Source: Escherichia coli
GTDB taxonomy: Bacteria; Pseudomonadota; Gammaproteobacteria; Enterobacterales; Enterobacteriaceae
NCBI RefSeq assembly: GCF_003334405.1
Contig: NZ_QOWM01000035.1
Direction: 5' to 3' (one strand)
DNA length: 3,274 bases
The translations under genes and the position numbers were made by a program. Of this stretch, positions 1 through 3,274 are shown one piece after another. Numbering within the stretch: position 1 is the first letter of the stretch; each line of letters opens with the position of its first letter. The notes under the pieces are model-generated. The model did not search any database. It saw only the letters and a list, made by a program, of their open reading frames with translations, and was not told the origin of the DNA.

Positions 1-1
1 C

Positions 2-472
2 GTGAACAAACTTGATGATTGTTCGTCTCGTATAAAACTGACGTCACCGCAGTTTAAAAATTACTCTGTGCATATTCGGATGGAAAAAGACCGGTTTTCT
101 GTTGTGGGGAGTGTGGATAGTCGCTCCTGGCGTAGTCCGCATCATGTTTGCACGTTATCCAGAAAACGGAATCCCGTTGATATTGCAGCCGATATCGAGC
201 GAAAAATTCTGGTAAATGCTTCGCAGGAGGTGTTACAGGCGATTGAGTATGAGAAACACCAGGTGGAAAAAAAGGACGAAATTCTGATCCTGAAAGGTAT
301 GTTATCGCAACTTGTCCAGCTTGAAAGCTGGTATGGGGCATTGACAGGCTTTAAAGCTGAAAACGGATTGAATGGTAAAGTCACCGAACAGGGCGACAGT
401 TATGATTTACAGATTCGGGGCTTGAGTATAGATCAACTTGTTAAAATTACAGGGTATTTGAAACAGTTATGA
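2..472 (+). CDS. hypothetical protein, 5' end uncertain (frame is open to the window edge; GTG at 2 may not be the true start)
   Basis: 156-codon open frame ending at TGA 470-472. Its stop overlaps the next ATG (ATGA at 469-472), implying translational coupling. No family recognised by eye. Confidence 0.45.
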   Translation: MNKLDDCSSRIKLTSPQFKNYSVHIRMEKDRFSVVGSVDSRSWRSPHHVCTLSRKRNPVDIAADIERKILVNASQEVLQAIEYEKHQVEKKDEILILKGMLSQLVQLESWYGALTGFKAENGLNGKVTEQGDSYDLQIRGLSIDQLVKITGYLKQL

Positions 473-720
473 GAAAAAATAAAGGTGATGTGACTTATTT
501 TCTTGAAAAAGAAGGTGACAATTACAGGCTTACAAAAAGGATAAAAGCCAGAACAAATGTTAAAATCGGGAACAAAACTACGAAAATTACATTGTATGAT
601 GCCGTACTGAATGAGAATGAATTACAACATATTGATTTTACGTGTGCCGGATTAAGGGAAGACGATGAGACGCCAGTTAAGAATTTAATTAAGGAGTTTA
701 TGTTAAATGAAACCCGATAA
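469..720 (+). CDS. small basic hypothetical protein (83 aa), possible toxin-like partner of the downstream HTH protein
   Basis: ATG 469 overlaps the upstream stop. Lys/Arg-rich product. Its 3' end overlaps the next ORF by 14 nt. No strong SD of its own, consistent with coupling. No motif recognised. Confidence 0.45.
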   Translation: MRKNKGDVTYFLEKEGDNYRLTKRIKARTNVKIGNKTTKITLYDAVLNENELQHIDFTCAGLREDDETPVKNLIKEFMLNETR

Positions 721-934
721 TACACCTGAAAATGTAAAAAAATTACGTTTAAAAGCAGGATTAACACAAAAGGAATGCAGTCATATTTATGGTGTTGGGC
801 TAAGAACCTGGCAGAAAAAAGAGGAAGTTAATACTCAAAACAGTCAAAGTCTGTCACTGGTTGAGTTTGAGTTTCTTTTGTTACTTGCAGGAGAACATCC
901 TGAATACGTGCTCTGCAAAAGGCAGTCAAAATAA
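707..934 (+). CDS. XRE-family helix-turn-helix DNA-binding protein (putative regulator or antitoxin)
   Basis: SD AAGGAG at 691-696, ATG at 707. Translation has an XRE/Cro-C1 type HTH signature (VKKLRLKAGLTQKECSHIYGVGLRTWQKKE). The tail LLLLAGEHPEY resembles HigA/MqsA-type antitoxin C-termini as I remember them. Confidence 0.6.
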   Translation: MKPDNTPENVKKLRLKAGLTQKECSHIYGVGLRTWQKKEEVNTQNSQSLSLVEFEFLLLLAGEHPEYVLCKRQSK

Positions 935-960
935 AATGACCTGTGATGGTTTTATATTAG

Positions 961-1240
961 TTCCTGGAGTTGCGCCCGTAGTTCGCTGACGCTCACACGC
1001 GCAGTACAGCGCCCCGTCCAGGGAAATCCTGGACGGCGTAAACTCGCTGGCGCGAGCGCTAACTGCGGCATTCTGCGGCGCAAATCAGCGTCATCGTTGT
1101 CTGCGAGTCAGTCGGGCTTAGCAGGGCGGGAAGGTGGTCGTGGTTCCGGTCGGTTACGGTAGCGGCGTTGCCGCGTTTCGGGGCGATGTGGCTCCTGTGC
1201 TGCCCTGGTATTTTCGTTCGCCCCTTCCATCCGCTTACGC
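961..1240. other. GC-rich non-coding segment of unknown nature (candidate structured RNA, gene relic or recombination-site remnant)
   Basis: Hand count 177/280 G+C (~63%) against ~36% for 1381-1480. Hairpins: CGTCCAGG-gaaat-CCTGGACG (1015-1035) and GCGGC-gtt-GCCGC (1162-1174). 10-nt-period repeats: CTGCGGC at 1063-1069 and 1073-1079, GGTT(C/A)CGGT at 1142-1160. The only ORFs (1059..1262 -, 1168..1359 +) start at TTG with no SD. Confidence 0.4.
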
Positions 1241-1293
1241 GGATTAAAAAACGTGATAACAATCACTTATCGAGTAAAAAAACGGAAGAACAC

Positions 1294-1322
1294 TTGCAAA
1301 TACGACTTAAGGGTCGTATTAT
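1294..1322 (+). promoter_or_regulatory. sigma70-like promoter for the three-gene operon (TTGCAA, 17-nt spacer, TATTAT)
   Basis: -35 TTGCAA at 1294-1299 and -10 TATTAT at 1317-1322 with a 17-nt spacer, about 60 nt upstream of the first ATG. The predicted leader contains a GGGG-aatgg-CCCC hairpin (1336-1348). Confidence 0.45.
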
Positions 1323-1382
1323 TGTTTCATCGAAAGGGGAATGGCCCCTCTCACAATAGCCCAGCAGGGCAGGAGATTTAAA

Positions 1383-1682
1383 ATGAAATGCTCATCTGTT
1401 TTTACTTCAACCACTAATCATGTTTTCACATTCGAACGAGTAACGCTTTGCACTATTATCCTTATGCATAAGGATACGGGACAACAGTATGTTGTCATAT
1501 TTACTGATAACAATAAAATTCGTGACTATAAAACCGGAATTGTTCCTCAGTTTGGCGAACTTAAGCAGAGTGATGTTGATTTAGTCCTTTTCTACAGGGA
1601 CGAATATGAAAAATATTTTGATTCGTTAAAAGATGGCGATGAATGCTTGAGTTTTAAAGATTTTATTGAGTGCCTTCGTTAA
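1383..1682 (+). CDS. hypothetical protein (99 aa), first gene of the operon
   Basis: SD AGGAG at 1371-1375, 7 nt before ATG 1383. In frame with listed ORF 1341..1682, but the 1341 start lies inside the leader hairpin and lacks an SD. No family recognised. Confidence 0.55.
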   Translation: MKCSSVFTSTTNHVFTFERVTLCTIILMHKDTGQQYVVIFTDNNKIRDYKTGIVPQFGELKQSDVDLVLFYRDEYEKYFDSLKDGDECLSFKDFIECLR

Positions 1683-1690
1683 GCATTATA

Positions 1691-1716
1691 AATGCAGGGG
1701 GGAACCCTGCATTTTC
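1691..1716 (+). promoter_or_regulatory. intercistronic stem-loop (possible attenuator or partial terminator, or mRNA stability element)
   Basis: AATGCAGGG (1691-1699) pairs with CCCTGCATT (1705-1713) around loop GGGAA. A short U-run follows, then the SD of the next gene. Confidence 0.3.
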
Positions 1717-1734
1717 CTGAAAGGAGTTGATTTT

Positions 1735-2109
1735 ATGAAAAGTGTTTATGTTGTTGGCAAAGGTTTAATCGTTGCCGGTAATAAAATTACAATCGATGGA
1801 AAAGAGCATGTCTCGGTAGAAAATAGTGAAAACATTGTTGTCACTGATGATTGTATTAAAATTGGTAATAAAACAGTGGTTTTTAAAGGCAGGAGTATTA
1901 AGATAGAAATACATGGAAATGTAAATAAAATAGTAACCGAAAATGCTGATGTCAGTATTCATGGGAATGCTGGGGATGTTGAAACCGTGAGTGGTGATGT
2001 TGATTGTCGTCAGGTTAATGGCGATATAACCACTGTAAGCGGTGATGTTACTTGTGGCGATGTTTCTGGTGACGTAACCACTGTAAGCGGAGATATAAAC
2101 AGAAAATGA
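1735..2109 (+). CDS. Gly/Val-rich repeat protein (124 aa), predicted beta-helix, bactofilin-like
   Basis: SD AAGGAG at 1721-1726, 8 nt before ATG 1735. Product has recurring V-x-G-(D/N)-(V/I) elements at alternating 8-9 residue spacing (VSIHGNAGDVETVSGDVDCRQVNGDITTVSGDVTCGDVSGDVTTVSGDIN). Listed ORF 1666 start is TTG with no SD. Confidence 0.6.
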   Translation: MKSVYVVGKGLIVAGNKITIDGKEHVSVENSENIVVTDDCIKIGNKTVVFKGRSIKIEIHGNVNKIVTENADVSIHGNAGDVETVSGDVDCRQVNGDITTVSGDVTCGDVSGDVTTVSGDINRK

Positions 2110-2417
2110 TCACGGAATCGGATATGCTTACTGAAGCTAAAAAAATGGCAGTAGAGATGATGTTCTGGCCTGCTTGTCCTGTAGATGATGATTATTGTTT
2201 CGACGCTATAATGTATACATCAGTTATTGACAAGAAGTTTGAAGATGAACATGGGGTATATCTTCATCAGGTTTACAAAGAACTATGCTCAACACCTGAA
2301 TTAAAAAAACTTCTAAAAAAGAAAGCAATAAAATTGATTGCTTTTAAGCACGATATTGATCTTGATTCAGCTAACAAGACTTTAATGAAAAATATGCTAA
2401 GGAGGATTGAAAACTGA
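2106..2417 (+). CDS. hypothetical protein (103 aa), third gene of the operon
   Basis: ATG 2106 overlaps the upstream stop (ATGA at 2106-2109), so translationally coupled. Stop TGA at 2415-2417. No family recognised. Confidence 0.55.
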   Translation: MITESDMLTEAKKMAVEMMFWPACPVDDDYCFDAIMYTSVIDKKFEDEHGVYLHQVYKELCSTPELKKLLKKKAIKLIAFKHDIDLDSANKTLMKNMLRRIEN

Positions 2418-2427
2418 AAAACTGAAA

Positions 2428-2457
2428 GTGATCAGGTTGCTGGAACAACCTGATCAC
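2428..2457. repeat. perfect inverted repeat with 12-bp arms and 6-nt spacer (GTGATCAGGTTG-ctggaa-CAACCTGATCAC)
   Basis: Read directly from the sequence. Not followed by a U-tract on the + strand. Flanked by AAAACTGA(A) direct repeats at 2410-2417, 2418-2425 and 2471-2479. Confidence 0.6.
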
Positions 2458-2491
2458 GTTATCGACAATCAAAACTGAATGAGGTTTTTAA

Positions 2492-2629
2492 ATGTCAACG
2501 CGGCAGATCGTACAGCTTGCTGATTCCCTTGTCAAAGGCTGGGAAACCAGAATTCCGGCAATGAAATTTAGTGAATGGGATCAATTCCGGTGGTGGTTAA
2601 ACTACCTGCAAGGGTATGAAATGTTTTAA
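2492..2629 (+). CDS. candidate small protein (45 aa), absent from the supplied ORF track
   Basis: SD GAGG at 2481-2484, 7 nt before ATG 2492. 45 sense codons then TAA at 2627-2629, followed directly by an intrinsic terminator. Product MSTRQIVQLADSLVKGWETRIPAMKFSEWDQFRWWLNYLQGYEMF is Trp-rich and not low-complexity. Confidence 0.35.
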   Translation: MSTRQIVQLADSLVKGWETRIPAMKFSEWDQFRWWLNYLQGYEMF

Positions 2630-2631
2630 AT

Positions 2632-2666
2632 AAAAAAAAGGGGCTTTCTGCCCCTTTGTATTTTTT
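2632..2666 (+). terminator. rho-independent terminator, potentially bidirectional
   Basis: A-run, GGGGC (2640-2644), loop TTTCT, GCCCC (2650-2654), then TTTGTATTTTTT. The flanking A and T runs can extend the stem and would allow termination in both directions. Confidence 0.6.
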
Positions 2667-2693
2667 GACAAAAATGCTATGTGTAACTATAAT
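2665..2693 (+). promoter_or_regulatory. sigma70 promoter matching consensus (TTGACA, 17-nt spacer, TATAAT) for the hicAB-like operon
   Basis: -35 TTGACA at 2665-2670 and -10 TATAAT at 2688-2693 with a 17-nt spacer. A short inverted repeat AACTA-taat-TAGTT (2685-2698) overlaps the -10 and could be an operator. Confidence 0.6.
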
Positions 2694-2721
2694 TAGTTGC
2701 ATATCTATAGGGGATGGATTT

Positions 2722-2970
2722 ATGGGGAAAACAGATAAGCTACTGGCAAAGTTTTTAAACAGTAAAAAAACGTTTGAATGGGATGAACTGGTCGTTTTGT
2801 TTTCCTCTTTGGGATATGTCAAAAAGGAAATGCAGGGGTCAAGAGTGCGGTTTTTCAATGCTGAAATCAATCACACCATATTAATGCATCGTCCACATCC
2901 GGAAAGTTATATCAAAGGTGGTACGCTGAAAGCAATTAAACAGAATCTGAAAGAGGCTGGATTATTATGA
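2722..2970 (+). CDS. hicA: HicA-family type II toxin (mRNA interferase-like), 82 aa
   Basis: SD AGGGGA at 2709-2714, 7 nt before ATG 2722. Product ends in a HicA-like pattern (GS..., HRPHP, KAIKQNLKEAGLL). Stop overlaps the downstream start (ATGA at 2967-2970). The listed 2656 start lies inside the promoter and is rejected. Confidence 0.8.
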   Translation: MGKTDKLLAKFLNSKKTFEWDELVVLFSSLGYVKKEMQGSRVRFFNAEINHTILMHRPHPESYIKGGTLKAIKQNLKEAGLL

Positions 2971-3274
2971 AACATTTAAAATATAAAGGATATTTAGGCA
3001 CGGTTGAACCCGATTTTGAAAATAATGTCCTGTATGGGAAACTGGCGTTTATTCGGGACCTGGTAACTTATGAGGCTTCTACATTAGCTGAACTGGAACA
3101 GGAGTTTAAAACATCTGTTGATCTGTATTTACAGTCTTGTGTGGAGGATGGAAAGGAACCTGATACCCCGTTTAAAGGCGTGTTTAACGTCAGGCTTGAT
3201 CCAGAACTGCATCGTCGGGTAGCAGAAATGGCGATGGAAGAAGATTTATCACTGAACGCCTTTGTTAATAAGGC
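2967..3274 (+). CDS. hicB: HicB-family type II antitoxin, 3'-partial (runs off window end)
   Basis: ATG 2967 overlaps the hicA stop. Frame is open for 102 codons to the window edge. Product starts MKHLKYKGYLGTVEPDFENNVLYGKLAFIRDLVTYEA and reaches a ribbon-helix-helix-like stretch (FNVRLDPELHRRVAEMAMEEDLSLNAFVNK). Not in the ORF track because no stop lies in the window. Confidence 0.8.
   Translation, partial: MKHLKYKGYLGTVEPDFENNVLYGKLAFIRDLVTYEASTLAELEQEFKTSVDLYLQSCVEDGKEPDTPFKGVFNVRLDPELHRRVAEMAMEEDLSLNAFVNK

Noticed and set aside
54-767. Minus-strand ORFs 54..341, 142..384 and 522..767
   Set aside because: All lie antisense to + strand ORFs that form a coupled operon with SD support. None has a convincing SD, and the products are low-complexity or hydrophobic in the way antisense translations of AT-rich genes usually are.
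961-1240. tRNA, tmRNA or integron attC in the GC-rich segment
   Set aside because: No T-arm-like GGTTCGA..TCC motif, no cloverleaf-compatible pairing and no CCA-adjacent acceptor stem were found by eye. No convincing GTTRRRY core sites or long terminal inverted repeats typical of attC. Kept only as a generic unknown non-coding element.
1059-1359. ORFs 1059..1262 (-) and 1168..1359 (+) inside the GC-rich segment
   Set aside because: Both start at TTG without an SD and their open frames are explained by GC-richness (few stop codons). 1168..1359 also runs through the operon promoter and leader. A pseudogene relic is not excluded, but neither is a supportable gene.
2459-2467. DnaA-box-like TTATCGACA
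   Set aside because: One mismatch to the TTATCCACA consensus, a single copy, and no cluster or AT-rich unwinding element arrangement. Most likely chance; treated as part of the shared TTATCGA motif instead.
264-2640. A7-A8 homopolymer runs (near 264, 735, 1274, 2139, 2303 and 2632) as programmed frameshift or slippage sites
   Set aside because: Such runs are expected in roughly 36% G+C DNA. None has an alternative downstream frame extending into a plausible product or a stimulatory structure, and several are intergenic.
1341-2721. Long N-terminal extensions given in the ORF track (starts at 1341, 1666 and 2656)
   Set aside because: Each extension starts at a site without an SD and overlaps a promoter, leader hairpin or upstream gene. 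In every case an internal ATG with a well-spaced SD (1383, 1735, 2722) is a better start.
1765-2870. Minus-strand ORFs 1765..1962 and 2568..2870
   Set aside because: Antisense to the repeat-protein gene and to hicA with its promoter and terminator respectively. No SD, and the products are low-complexity. The + strand features are far better supported.
1-3274. CRISPR array
   Set aside because: No regularly spaced direct repeats of 24-40 bp separated by unique spacers anywhere in the window. The repeats seen are two to three copies of 8-15 nt.

Overview
AT-rich accessory-type DNA with all credible genes on the + strand, arranged as four modules. (1) 2-934: three translationally coupled ORFs (5'-partial 156-codon ORF, 83-aa basic protein, 75-aa XRE-type HTH protein). 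(2) 961-1240: a ~280-bp GC-rich segment (hand count ~63% G+C against ~36% in a flanking sample) with hairpins and short tandem repeats but no credible gene. (3) 1294-2417: a self-contained operon with a sigma70-like promoter and three small uncharacterised proteins (99, 124 and 103 aa), the middle one a Gly/Val repeat protein with bactofilin-like beta-helix periodicity. This operon is my main candidate for an undescribed system. It is followed by a perfect 12-bp-arm palindrome, an unlisted 45-codon ORF and an intrinsic terminator. (4) 2665-3274: a HicA/HicB-family toxin-antitoxin pair behind a perfect-consensus promoter, with hicB running off the window end. Family assignments are from reading the translations and remembered motifs only; no database search was possible.
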